The notes: generated from the sequence alone by a model not told the origin. A stretch of DNA of 64,000 bases from Anaeromyxobacteraceae bacterium (GCA_047602405.1 JASGHJ010000001.1:2112001-2176000), one strand, 5' to 3'; shown: positions 51,800-63,512, counted from the first letter of the stretch. A program made the numbers and translations.

Positions 51800-51803
<4 letters not shown>
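50235..51803 (+). CDS. Hypothetical membrane protein (receiver-like N-terminus, Pro/Ala linker, single TM)
   Basis: Coding-like ORF; TM FWVMVALLVIGALGAGGF; stop overlaps pilin ATG. Confidence 0.7.
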
Positions 51804-54823
<3,020 letters not shown>

Positions 54824-54831
54824 GGAGGGGA

Positions 54832-54921
54832 CGGGGGCGGAGACGGAGGCGGAGGCGGAATCGGAGACGGATTCGGAGACGGATTCGGAGACGGATTCGG
54901 AGGCGGATTCGGAGTCGGACT
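54832..54921 (+). repeat. 15 tandem CGG(A/G)NN hexamers
   Basis: CGGAGA/CGGATT/CGGAGG units read directly. Confidence 0.9.
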
Positions 54922-54937
54922 GCTCGTGATCCCCGCC

Positions 54938-55160
54938 GGGGGAGAGGGACTCGGAGTGAATGGGCCCGACGGCGGGTGAGGGGGCCGTCACCCGTCTGAA
55001 GTGGCCGTCACCGGCCTCCTTCCGGCTGTGGGCTGCGTCTGCTTTGGACGGCGCACGTTTCCTGCCGGGCCACCGCTCGCGTTCGCTCGGTCCCGGGGCC
55101 CGTCATGAAACCTGCGCCGGAAGGGGGCAGACGCAGCCCACAGCCGAAAGGAGCCTTCCG
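54938..55160 (+). ncRNA. Candidate structured leader, copy 1 (138-nt hairpin at 55016-55153)
   Basis: 27-bp outer stem and 22-bp inner stem; close match to reverse complement of 55945-56168; transcription not shown. Confidence 0.6.
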
Positions 55161-55511
55161 ATGTCTTCCATCCCCTCCACCTTCGTCGCGTACGACGTCG
55201 CGCTCACCGTCATCGCCTCTCTCCGCGACCTTCGCGGCGCGCTCGCGCGGCGGGACGCGTCGCTCGCCGATCAGCTCTCCCGCGCGGCGTCGTCCATCCC
55301 GCTCAACCTCGCGGAGGGCAACCGCCGCGTGGGCAAGGATCGCCTTCACTCGTTCCGCATCGCCGCCGGCAGCGCGGACGAGGTCCGGGCGGCGCTCCAC
55401 GTGGCGCTCGCGTGGGGCTACGTCTCCTCCGCCGACGCGGAGCCTGCCCTCCGCGCCTGCGATCGCCTCCTCGGCATGCTCTGGCGCCTCACGGCGCCGC
55501 GGGCGGCGTAG
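55161..55511 (+). CDS. Four-helix bundle protein (23S rRNA IVP / TIGR02436-like), copy 1
   Basis: LADQLSRAASSIPLNLAEG...FRIAAGSADEV...GY family motif; GAAAGGAG RBS. Confidence 0.9.
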   Translation: MSSIPSTFVAYDVALTVIASLRDLRGALARRDASLADQLSRAASSIPLNLAEGNRRVGKDRLHSFRIAAGSADEVRAALHVALAWGYVSSADAEPALRACDRLLGMLWRLTAPRAA

Positions 55512-55518
55512 GCGCCTC

Positions 55519-55547
55519 CCGGGCGGGGCCGGCGTGGCCCCGCCCGG
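55519..55547. terminator. Hairpin between convergent genes, possibly a bidirectional terminator
   Basis: CCGGGCGGGGCC-GGCGT-GGCCCCGCCCGG perfect 12-bp stem; no U tract. Confidence 0.5.
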
Positions 55548-55554
55548 CGACGCA

Positions 55555-55944
55555 TCACCGCGTCAGCCCGCGGAGCAGCCGCTGCACGCGATCCGCGGGC
55601 GCGAGCGCCGGCTGCACGGCCTCGCGGGCCAGGTACCCGAGCGCTTCTGCGACGTCGAGGCACGCCTGGACCTCGGCGGCCGACCCGAGCGCGACGCGGA
55701 AGAGGTGCGGGCGGTCCTTCCCGACGCGGCGGTTGCCCTCGGCGACGTTCAGCGGAACGGAGGTGACCGCACGGCGGAGCTGGTCTGCGAGCGAGGGATC
55801 GTGGCGGGCGACGAGCGGGATGACGGAACGCACGGCTCTCGCGAGCTGGATGGCGACCGCGTAGGCGTGGAAGGTGGGGGTGGGGGAGGTGGTACGGGGG
55901 CTGGGGGAGGCGGTACGGGGGGTGGGGAAGGTGGGGGAAGACAT
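55555..55944 (-). CDS. Four-helix bundle protein (23S rRNA IVP / TIGR02436-like), copy 2
   Basis: LADQLRRAVTSVPLNVAEG...FRVALGSAAEV...GY; GAAAGGA RBS. Confidence 0.9.
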   Translation of the reverse strand: MSSPTFPTPRTASPSPRTTSPTPTFHAYAVAIQLARAVRSVIPLVARHDPSLADQLRRAVTSVPLNVAEGNRRVGKDRPHLFRVALGSAAEVQACLDVAEALGYLAREAVQPALAPADRVQRLLRGLTR

Positions 55945-56168
55945 TGGGAAGGTTCCTTTCGGTTGTGGGCTGCGTCTGCCCCATCCCCGGCGCAGGTTTC
56001 ATGACGGGCCTCCGGCCCGAGTGACGGCGAGCGGAGGCCCGGCAGGAAACGTGCGTCGTCCCAAGCAGACGCAGCCCACAGCCGAAAGGAGGCCAGTGAC
56101 GGCCCCCTCGCCCGATTGACGGTCCCCTCCCCCACCGGCGGGCCATTCACTCCAAGTCCCTATCCCCC
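55945..56168 (-). ncRNA. Candidate structured leader, copy 2 (hairpin at 55954-56090)
   Basis: Inverted homologue of 54938-55160 with the same stems and internal mismatches. Confidence 0.6.
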
Positions 56169-56247
56169 GATATGGGCCCGACAGGGAGAGGGTTCACCTA
56201 CAGTCCAGGTCCCGACTCCCGACTCCCGGTCCCCGTCCCGTTCCGGT

Positions 56248-56452
56248 CCCGGTCCCGATTCCCGGTCCCGACTCCCGGTCCCGACTCCCGGTCCCGACTC
56301 CCGGTCCCGACTCCCGGTCCCGACTCCCGGTCCCGACTCCCGGTCCCGACTCCCGGTCCCGACTCCCGGTCCCGACTCCCGGTCCCGACTCCCGGTCCCG
56401 ACTCCCGGTCCCGACTCCCGGTCCCGACTCCCGGTCCCGACTCCCGGTCCCG
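56248..56452. repeat. 13-bp minisatellite (CCCGGTCCCGACT)n
   Basis: 14 perfect units 56261-56442, one variant unit before, a partial unit after; degenerate flanks 56208-56480. Confidence 0.95.
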
Positions 56453-56635
56453 TTCCGGCCCCGATCCCCGGCCCCGATTCCCAATCCCCCGCCGCGCTCC
56501 CAGGTCCCGCCTCCCGGTCCCGCCCCTCCCCCGCCCGCCCCCTCGCCCGGCATTTGCCCCTCCCTCTCCGGCCGTGGTACGCCACCCCCCTTCACACGGG
56601 TAGACACGCGGCTCCAACCCGCGGCCCGGCACGCC

Positions 56636-59323
56636 ATGCGCCTCCCTTCCGCTCGAGAACTGTCCGCGCTCGACGAGCTCGTGCTCGCTGCGCAGAAGCC
56701 CTCCCGTTACGTCGGCCTGGAGTTCGGGGCCGTGAAGAAGGACCTCGCGGACGCGCGCCTGCGCTTCGCGCTCGCCTTCCCCGACACGTACGAGGTCGGG
56801 ATGTCGAACCTCGGGTTCCGGCTCCTCTACCACCTGCTCAACGATCGCCCCGAGATCGCCTGCGAGCGGGTGTTCATGCCCTGGCCCGACCTCGAGGGGA
56901 TGCTGAAGGAGCGGAACCTCCGGCTCTTCAGCCTCGAGTCGCGCGCGCCGGTGAAGGGCTTCGACGTCCTCGGCCTGACCTTGCAGACCGAGCTCGCCTA
57001 CACGAGCGCGCTCGCGCTCCTCGATCTCGCCGGGATCCCGCTCCTCGCGCGGGAGCGCGGCGAGGACGATCCCATCGTGCTCGGCGGCGGCCCCTGCGCC
57101 TACAACCCCGAGCCGGTCGCCGACTTCTTCGACGCCTTCGCGGTCGGGGAGGGCGAGGAGGTCGCGCTCGAGATTGCCGACGTGGTGTCGTCGTCCGGCT
57201 TCCGGCGCGGGGGCAGCGGCGCCTCGCGCGCCGAGGTGCTCGAGCGGCTCGCGAAGGTGCCGGGTGTGTACGTGCCCGCGTTCTTCCGGCCGGTGTACGA
57301 CCCCACCACGAAGGTGCTCACCGCGATCGAGCCGCTCCGCCCCGGCTACGACAAGGTCGAGCGGCGGGTGATGCCGGACCTGAACGCGCTCCCGACCACC
57401 GCGTACACCCGGCCCATCGTGCCGTTCATGCAGACGATCCACGATCGCCTGCCCATCGAGATCCAGCGCGGCTGCACGCGCGGCTGCCGCTTCTGCCAGG
57501 TCGGGATGATCACCCGCCCGACCCGCCAGCGCGATCCGAAGGAGGTGCTGCGCCTCGCCGAGGTGGGGCTGAAGTCCTCCGGCTACGAGGAGGTCGGCCT
57601 CCTCTCGCTCTCCTCCGGTGACTACCAGCCGCTCAACGGGCTGCTCGACGACTTCCTCGCCCGCTGGGAGGGCGAGAAGATCGCGATGAGCCTGCCGTCG
57701 CTCCGCACCGAGACGATGAGCGACTCGCTCGCGAAGAAGATCGGCCGCATCCGCAAGACCGGCTTCACGCTCGCGCCGGAGGCGGCCACCGAGCGGATGC
57801 GCGCCGTCATCAACAAGGGGAACCGCGAGGAGGACCTCCTCAAGGCGGTCGCCTCGGTGTTCGGCAACGGCTGGTCGCTCCTCAAGCTCTACTTCATGAT
57901 CGGGCTCCCCGAGGAGCGCGACGAGGACGTCGTCGCCATCGCCGAGCTGGCGCGGAAGTGCCTGGCCGAGGCGCGCCGCGCCTTGCCGAAGGGGCAGGGC
58001 TCCGCCGCGATCCACCTCGGCGCGTCCACCTTCGTGCCGAAGCCGTTCACCCCGTTCCAGTGGGAGCCCACGCTGCGGCCGGAGGAGACCCGCCGGCGCC
58101 AGGGGCTCATCACCGCCGCGCTCGGGGGCCGCAACGGCGCCATCTCGTTCAAGCCGCACGACTCGCGCCAGTCCTCCATCGAGGCCGCGCTCGCGCTCGG
58201 AGACCGCCGGGTCGGCACCGCCGTGCTCGCCGCCTACCGCGCGGGCCAGCGGCTCGACGGCTGGACCGAGTGGTTCGACGAGCGGCGCTGGATCGACGCG
58301 TTCGCCGCGTGCGAGCGCGAGCACGGCGTCGGGCTCGACGGGTTCGCCCACCGCCGCCGCCGGCTCGACGAGGTCCTGCCCTGGGACCGCATCGACTGCG
58401 GCGTGACCAAGAAGTACCTCGCGAAGGGGCTCGCGGCCGCGCGCAACATGGCGGAGCTCACCGACTGCGTCATCGCCCCGTGCTCGGTCTGCGGCGCGTG
58501 CGACTACGACGTCGTGAAGAACCGGACCTACGACGCGAAGGACTACGTGCCGGAACCGGAGCTGCCGCCGCGCCCGCCGCCGCCCGAGATCCGCACCCAC
58601 GTCCGCCTCCGCTACACGAAGCTCGGCCGGCTCGTCGCGCTCAGCCACCTCGAGACCATCCACACCCTCGTGCGGGCCATCCGCCGGGCCGGGCTGCCGG
58701 TCGCGTTCTCGCAGGGCTACCACCCGAAGCCGAAGGTCAGCTTCGGGCCCGCACTGCCCGTCGGGGTCGAGTCGGTCTGCGAGTACCTCGACCTCGAGCT
58801 CGTCGGCCTCGCCGACGCCCGGGACGTGGGCGACCGCCTCGGCCGGGAGCTGCCGGAGGGACTCCGGGTGCTCGAGGCCTCGGAGGTCGACCCCCGGGAG
58901 CCGTCGGTGAACGAGGCCCAGCGGGCGGTCCACTACCGGGTCGAATTCCCGGCTGATATCGCGGAGGACCGCCTCCGGGGGCAGGTCGAGGCCTTCCTCG
59001 CGGCCGAGCGAGCGGTCGTGACCCGCGAGAAGCCCCCCCAGGGGCCCCGGGCCCGGCGCGATAAGGTCGCGGCCGCCCCGGTGAAGAGGATAGACTTGAA
59101 GGAAATCGTGACCCACCTGGCCGTCGAAGGCCCGGGGGTGGTCGCGTTCAGCTTGCGGGCGGATCCCTCGGGAAGCGCGAAGCCAGCCGAGGTGCTGGCA
59201 GCGATCTTCGGCGACGGGTCCACCCCACGGGGAGTGAAGGTTCTGAAGGAAGGCGTCAGCTTCGCGAGGACGGGAACCGGCCGCTCGGGCCAGCCCCGCG
59301 CCCCTCGCTACCTCGACGCCTGA
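56636..59323 (+). CDS. B12-binding radical SAM protein (TIGR03960-like) fused to radical SAM-linked DUF2344 domain
   Basis: KPSRY, FPDTYEVGMSNLG, RGCTRGCRFCQ, LPWD, then LSHLE...FSQGYHPKPKVSFGPALPVG. Confidence 0.92.
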   Translation: MRLPSARELSALDELVLAAQKPSRYVGLEFGAVKKDLADARLRFALAFPDTYEVGMSNLGFRLLYHLLNDRPEIACERVFMPWPDLEGMLKERNLRLFSLESRAPVKGFDVLGLTLQTELAYTSALALLDLAGIPLLARERGEDDPIVLGGGPCAYNPEPVADFFDAFAVGEGEEVALEIADVVSSSGFRRGGSGASRAEVLERLAKVPGVYVPAFFRPVYDPTTKVLTAIEPLRPGYDKVERRVMPDLNALPTTAYTRPIVPFMQTIHDRLPIEIQRGCTRGCRFCQVGMITRPTRQRDPKEVLRLAEVGLKSSGYEEVGLLSLSSGDYQPLNGLLDDFLARWEGEKIAMSLPSLRTETMSDSLAKKIGRIRKTGFTLAPEAATERMRAVINKGNREEDLLKAVASVFGNGWSLLKLYFMIGLPEERDEDVVAIAELARKCLAEARRALPKGQGSAAIHLGASTFVPKPFTPFQWEPTLRPEETRRRQGLITAALGGRNGAISFKPHDSRQSSIEAALALGDRRVGTAVLAAYRAGQRLDGWTEWFDERRWIDAFAACEREHGVGLDGFAHRRRRLDEVLPWDRIDCGVTKKYLAKGLAAARNMAELTDCVIAPCSVCGACDYDVVKNRTYDAKDYVPEPELPPRPPPPEIRTHVRLRYTKLGRLVALSHLETIHTLVRAIRRAGLPVAFSQGYHPKPKVSFGPALPVGVESVCEYLDLELVGLADARDVGDRLGRELPEGLRVLEASEVDPREPSVNEAQRAVHYRVEFPADIAEDRLRGQVEAFLAAERAVVTREKPPQGPRARRDKVAAAPVKRIDLKEIVTHLAVEGPGVVAFSLRADPSGSAKPAEVLAAIFGDGSTPRGVKVLKEGVSFARTGTGRSGQPRAPRYLDA

Positions 59324-59513
59324 ACGACAACGCGCCCCGCCGTGCCGCGCTCAGCCGCGGCCGCCCGGCGCGAGGAGATGCGAAGCTCTTGAGCGCGAGC
59401 TCGACAGCCGACCCCACCCACCTGGCCCGAGGGCCCGGTGAACCGTGGTCGTGGCCGTCCGTGAGGACGGGCCTCGCTCTCCCCGCGCGTGGCCGGGGCG
59501 AGGGAGGGCCACC

Positions 59514-62204
59514 ATGGCCGATGGCAACAAGAACGGCGGGAGCGGCAACAACGTCCTCGTGATCAACGCGGCGGGCGCGGAGACGCGCGTCGCCCTGGTC
59601 GAGAACGGCACGATCCACGAGTACTACCTCGAGCGGAAGCGCGAGAAGGGGATCGTCGGCAACATCTACAAGGGCCGCGTCGTCCGGGTGCTCCCGGGCA
59701 TGCAGGCGGCCTTCGTCGACATCGGCCTCGAGAAGGCGGCGTTCCTCTACGTCGGCGACGTCTACGGCGACCCGGACTTCTCCGAGGAGTTCGAGCTGAC
59801 CGAGGGCGAGCACGCCCACGAGGTCTCCGAGGTCCCCGACGAGCAGGAGGCCGAGGCCGAGGAGGCCCGCGCCCAGGCCGCGGCCGCGGCTCCGCCGCCG
59901 GCCGAGGGTCAGCCCGCCCTGGAGGGACCGTCGGTCGCCGAGGCCACGGCCGGCATCGCCGGCCCCGGCCTCGACGAGGCGGTCGCCGAGGTGCCCGCCG
60001 AGCCGGCCACGGCCGACGCCGCACCCGAGGCGCCCCAGGCCGAGGAGGTCTCCCCGAGCGACGTGCACCTCATCGAGGACCCTTCGACTTCGCAGCCGGG
60101 CGGCGGCTTCGCTCGGGAGGCCGCCCGCGAGGTCCCGCCGCCGCTGCCGCTCACGCCGCTGCCGCTCGGCACCGAGTTCGCCGGCATGCCCGCGTCGCCC
60201 TCCGCGCCGGCGCTGCTCGTGCCGGCCGAGCCGCTCGCCGGCGAGGCGCCCGCGATCATCGCGCTCCCGTCGCCGGAGACGGTGACGCCGCTGCCTCCCG
60301 CGCCCGAGGGCGCCGTCGCGCCGCTCGTCGAGATCCAGCCCGGCGCGCCCGCCGAGGCCGCGCCGCCGGTCGGCATCGCGCCCGTGGAGGGCGCCCCCGC
60401 CGCGGACCGCATCCAGGCGCGCGAGCGCGAGGCGGCCCGCGAGGCGCGCCAGGACAGGGAGCCGCGCGAGGGTCGCGACCGCGATCGCGGTCGGCGCGAG
60501 GAGCGCGGGCGCCGCGACGGCCGTGACCGCGACCGCGACGGCGGCCGGGAAGGGCGCGAGGGCGGCCGTGACCGCGGCGGCCGCAACGGCCACGGGCACG
60601 GCCACCGCGAGGAGAAGCGCAAGGAGCCGAAGAACATCCAGGACCTCCTCAAGGAGGGCCAGGAGGTCATCGTCCAGGTCGCGAAGGATCCGATCGGGAC
60701 GAAGGGCGCGCGCATCACGAGCCACATCTCGCTGCCCGGCCGCCACCTCGTCTTCATGCCGACGGTCGACCACATCGGCATCTCGCGGCGCATCGAGAAG
60801 GACGGCGAGCGCCGCCGCCTGCGCGAGATCGTGGACCGGATGCGCCCCGAGGGCACCGGCTTCATCGTCCGCACCGTCGCCGAGAGCGTCGAGGCCCCGA
60901 AGCTCGAGGCCGACATCCGCTTCCTCATCACCGTCTGGAACGAGATCATCCGCCAGAAGGACAAGGTCTCCGCGCCGGCGCTGCTCCACCCGGACCTCGA
61001 CCTCATCCTCCGCGCCACCCGCGACCTCTTCACCTCCGAGGTCGGCAAGCTCGTCATCGACGACCGCGACGAGCACGAGCGCATCTGCCGCTTCGTGCGC
61101 GAGCAGTCGCCGCACCTCGAGAGCCAGATCGAGCTCTACCGCGGCGAGGAGCCGATCTTCGACGCCTACGGCATCGAGCAGGAGCTGAAGCGCGCCGCGC
61201 AGCGCAAGGTCTGGCTGAAGAGCGGCGGCTACATCATCATCGACCAGGCCGAGGCGCTCACCGCCATCGACGTCAACTCGGGCCGCTACGTCGGCAAGAA
61301 GAACCTCGAGGAGACGATCACCAAGATCAACGTCGAGGCGGCGAAGGAGATCGTCTACCAGCTCCGGCTGCGCAACATCGGCGGCATCGTCATCCTCGAC
61401 TTCATCGACATGGACAAGCCCCAGAACCGCGACAAGGTCTTCAAGGCCTTGCAGGAGGCGCTGGGGCGCGACAAGGCGAAGACGAACGTCCTCAAGATCT
61501 CCGACCTCGGCCTCGTCGAGATGACGCGCAAGCGCGTCCGCGAGTCGGTGACCCGGATGACGAGCGAGCCCTGCGCCTACTGCGAGGGCAAGGGGCACCT
61601 GAAGTCGAAGGTGACCGTCGCCTACGAGATCTTCCGCGAGATCCGCCGCGAGGCCGCGCACTTCTCCGAGCCGGTGATGGTGGTGAACTGCCACCCCGAG
61701 GTCGCCCGCATGCTGCAGGGCGAGGAGCGCGAGGAGCTGCGCTACCTCATGGACCGGTTCAACAAGACCATCCAGGTGCGCGCGCAGTCCGGCTATCACC
61801 AGGAGCAGTTCGACCTCTACGGCCGCCAGGATCGTGGCGAGGCCCAGCCGGGCGACCGGAACGAGCCGCGCGCCGACCGTCCGCCCCGCAGCGACTCCGG
61901 CGGTGATCGCGACGGCGGCCGCAACGAGGGCGGCGGCCGCGAGGGCCGCGACCGTGGTGGCCGCGGCGGGCGCGACCGGGACCGCGGCCGCGGGCGCGAC
62001 CGCGGAGGCCGTGGCGGCGGCGGAGGCGGTGACCGCGGGAATCGCGGTGAGCGCGGCGGCGGCGACCGTGGCGGTGAGCGCGGCCAGCAGCAGGGCGGCC
62101 AGCGCGACGCCGGCCCCCGGGAGCAGGGCCAGCAGGGCGGCCAGCGCGAGTCCGGCCAGCAGCCGGCGGCGCCGGCCGGTGAGGCGCCGAAGACGGAGGG
62201 CTAG
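59514..62204 (+). CDS. rne: Ribonuclease E/G family protein
   Basis: GNIYKGRVVRVLPGMQAAFVDIG, DVNSG, LRLRNIGG...DFIDM, CxxC; long disordered insertion in S1 and RG-rich tail. Confidence 0.93.
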   Translation: MADGNKNGGSGNNVLVINAAGAETRVALVENGTIHEYYLERKREKGIVGNIYKGRVVRVLPGMQAAFVDIGLEKAAFLYVGDVYGDPDFSEEFELTEGEHAHEVSEVPDEQEAEAEEARAQAAAAAPPPAEGQPALEGPSVAEATAGIAGPGLDEAVAEVPAEPATADAAPEAPQAEEVSPSDVHLIEDPSTSQPGGGFAREAAREVPPPLPLTPLPLGTEFAGMPASPSAPALLVPAEPLAGEAPAIIALPSPETVTPLPPAPEGAVAPLVEIQPGAPAEAAPPVGIAPVEGAPAADRIQAREREAAREARQDREPREGRDRDRGRREERGRRDGRDRDRDGGREGREGGRDRGGRNGHGHGHREEKRKEPKNIQDLLKEGQEVIVQVAKDPIGTKGARITSHISLPGRHLVFMPTVDHIGISRRIEKDGERRRLREIVDRMRPEGTGFIVRTVAESVEAPKLEADIRFLITVWNEIIRQKDKVSAPALLHPDLDLILRATRDLFTSEVGKLVIDDRDEHERICRFVREQSPHLESQIELYRGEEPIFDAYGIEQELKRAAQRKVWLKSGGYIIIDQAEALTAIDVNSGRYVGKKNLEETITKINVEAAKEIVYQLRLRNIGGIVILDFIDMDKPQNRDKVFKALQEALGRDKAKTNVLKISDLGLVEMTRKRVRESVTRMTSEPCAYCEGKGHLKSKVTVAYEIFREIRREAAHFSEPVMVVNCHPEVARMLQGEEREELRYLMDRFNKTIQVRAQSGYHQEQFDLYGRQDRGEAQPGDRNEPRADRPPRSDSGGDRDGGRNEGGGREGRDRGGRGGRDRDRGRGRDRGGRGGGGGGDRGNRGERGGGDRGGERGQQQGGQRDAGPREQGQQGGQRESGQQPAAPAGEAPKTEG
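60080..60118 (+). repeat. Palindromic element, family B, in frame within rne
   Basis: CCCTTCGACTTCGC-AGCCG-GGCGG-CGGCT-TCGCTCGGGA, flanks shared with the ligA copy. Confidence 0.55.
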
Positions 62205-63512
62205 ATGCGGATGCGGGTGAGCCGGGACGCGCTCCCGAGGCTGATCCGGCTCGTCCGGCTCGGTCCGAGGGCGCTCACCACCGCGCTCGGCATCCTGCAG
62301 GGTGAGGGCGTGCGCCTGAGGGCCATGGCCCTCACCTACATCTCCCTCTTCGCGCTCGTGCCCGCGCTCGTGGTGGTCTTCACGGTGGTGCAGGCCTTCA
62401 GCGGGACCGACCGCGTCGCGGACGCGATGCACCGCTTCCTGCTCGAGAACCTCGCCGTCGGCGCGGGCGACGCGGTCCAGCCCTACCTCTCGAAGTTCGT
62501 CACGAACGCGAGCGCCGCGAGCGCGGGGCTCGTCGGCGGCCTCTTCCTGCTCTGGTCGGCGCTGTCGCTCTTCCAGAACGTCGACCGCGCCATCAACGAC
62601 ACCTGGGGCATCAAGCGCGGGCGCAGCCTCACCGGCCAGGCCATCACCTACTGGATGGGGCTCACCCTCGGGCCGCTCCTCCTCGCGAGCTCGCTCACGC
62701 TGGCCTCGAGCGCGCGCAGCTGGCTCGGCGGAGACCTCCGCGCCGTGGCGATGGCGGGCGGGGTGCTCCTCACCTGCACGTTCTTCACGGTGCTCTACGT
62801 CATCGTGCCGGTGACGAAGGTGCACTTCCTGCCCGCGGTGGCGGGCGGCTTCGCGGCGGGGCTCTCCTGGGAGCTCGCGAAGTGGGGCTACGCGGTGCTC
62901 GTCGGCAAGATCTTCCGCTACCACGCCATCTACGGCTCGGTCGCGGCGGTGCCGATCTTCATCTTCTGGCTGTTCGTGTCGTGGTCGATCCTGCTCTTCG
63001 GCGCGCGGCTCGTGTACGTCGTGCAGAACGCGAAGACGATCCTCGGCGGCGCGCCGCACCCGGGCTCGCGCGCCGGGCGGGAGCTCCTCGCCGGGCAGAT
63101 CATGCTGCTCGTGGCGCGCCGGTTCGATCATGGCGCCCCGGCCCCCGACGAGTCGGCGCTCGCGAGCGCGCTCAACGTGCCGGCGGAGGACGTCGAGGCG
63201 CTGGTCGAGCGGCTCCTCCGGGACAAGCTCCTCGTCGAGGTCGCCGATCAGGGCGAGCGTGGTGCCGGCGCGGGCGGCCTCGTGCCCGCACGTTCGCTCG
63301 AGAAGCTCACGCTCGAGGACGTCCGGCGTGCCATCGTGGGTCCCGACCTGCCCGACGGGAGGGGGCCCGTCGCGGCGGTGCTCCGCTCGGTCGAGGAGGA
63401 GGCGGCCGCGCGGCTCGACGAGGTCAGCCTGCGCACGCTGCTCGACCGCGACGGTCCGTCCGCACGCGAGGGGGCCACGGCGCCGGCCCCCCCGGCGGCC
63501 GTCCGGGGCTAG
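62205..63512 (+). CDS. YihY/BrkB family membrane protein with C-terminal winged-helix-like domain
   Basis: AMALTYISLFALVP, AINDTW, IYGSVAAVPIFIFWLFVSW motifs. Confidence 0.88.
   Translation: MRMRVSRDALPRLIRLVRLGPRALTTALGILQGEGVRLRAMALTYISLFALVPALVVVFTVVQAFSGTDRVADAMHRFLLENLAVGAGDAVQPYLSKFVTNASAASAGLVGGLFLLWSALSLFQNVDRAINDTWGIKRGRSLTGQAITYWMGLTLGPLLLASSLTLASSARSWLGGDLRAVAMAGGVLLTCTFFTVLYVIVPVTKVHFLPAVAGGFAAGLSWELAKWGYAVLVGKIFRYHAIYGSVAAVPIFIFWLFVSWSILLFGARLVYVVQNAKTILGGAPHPGSRAGRELLAGQIMLLVARRFDHGAPAPDESALASALNVPAEDVEALVERLLRDKLLVEVADQGERGAGAGGLVPARSLEKLTLEDVRRAIVGPDLPDGRGPVAAVLRSVEEEAAARLDEVSLRTLLDRDGPSAREGATAPAPPAAVRG

Noticed and set aside
54960..55160. N-terminal extension of the four-helix gene in the ORF track (183 aa), and ORFs 55418-56146 and 55749-56150
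   Set aside because: RBS and family motif support ATG 55161; indels between the two leaders break the frame, so conservation is at nucleotide level
55161..55944. 23S rRNA intervening sequence
   Set aside because: No rRNA sequence flanks either gene
54938..56168. Diversity-generating retroelement or retron
   Set aside because: An Avd-like fold and a long inverted repeat are present, but there is no reverse transcriptase and no TR/VR pair with adenine-specific differences in the window
56208..56480. CRISPR array, or the repeat-encoded ORFs (PDSRSRLPVPTPG / GSRDRESGPGVGT)
   Set aside because: Units are contiguous 13-mers with no unique spacers and no cas genes; the ORFs are open only because the repeat has no stop codons
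61840..62200. Repeat-like GGCGGCCGCGAC tracts
   Set aside because: They encode the Arg/Gly/Asp-rich disordered tail typical of RNase E
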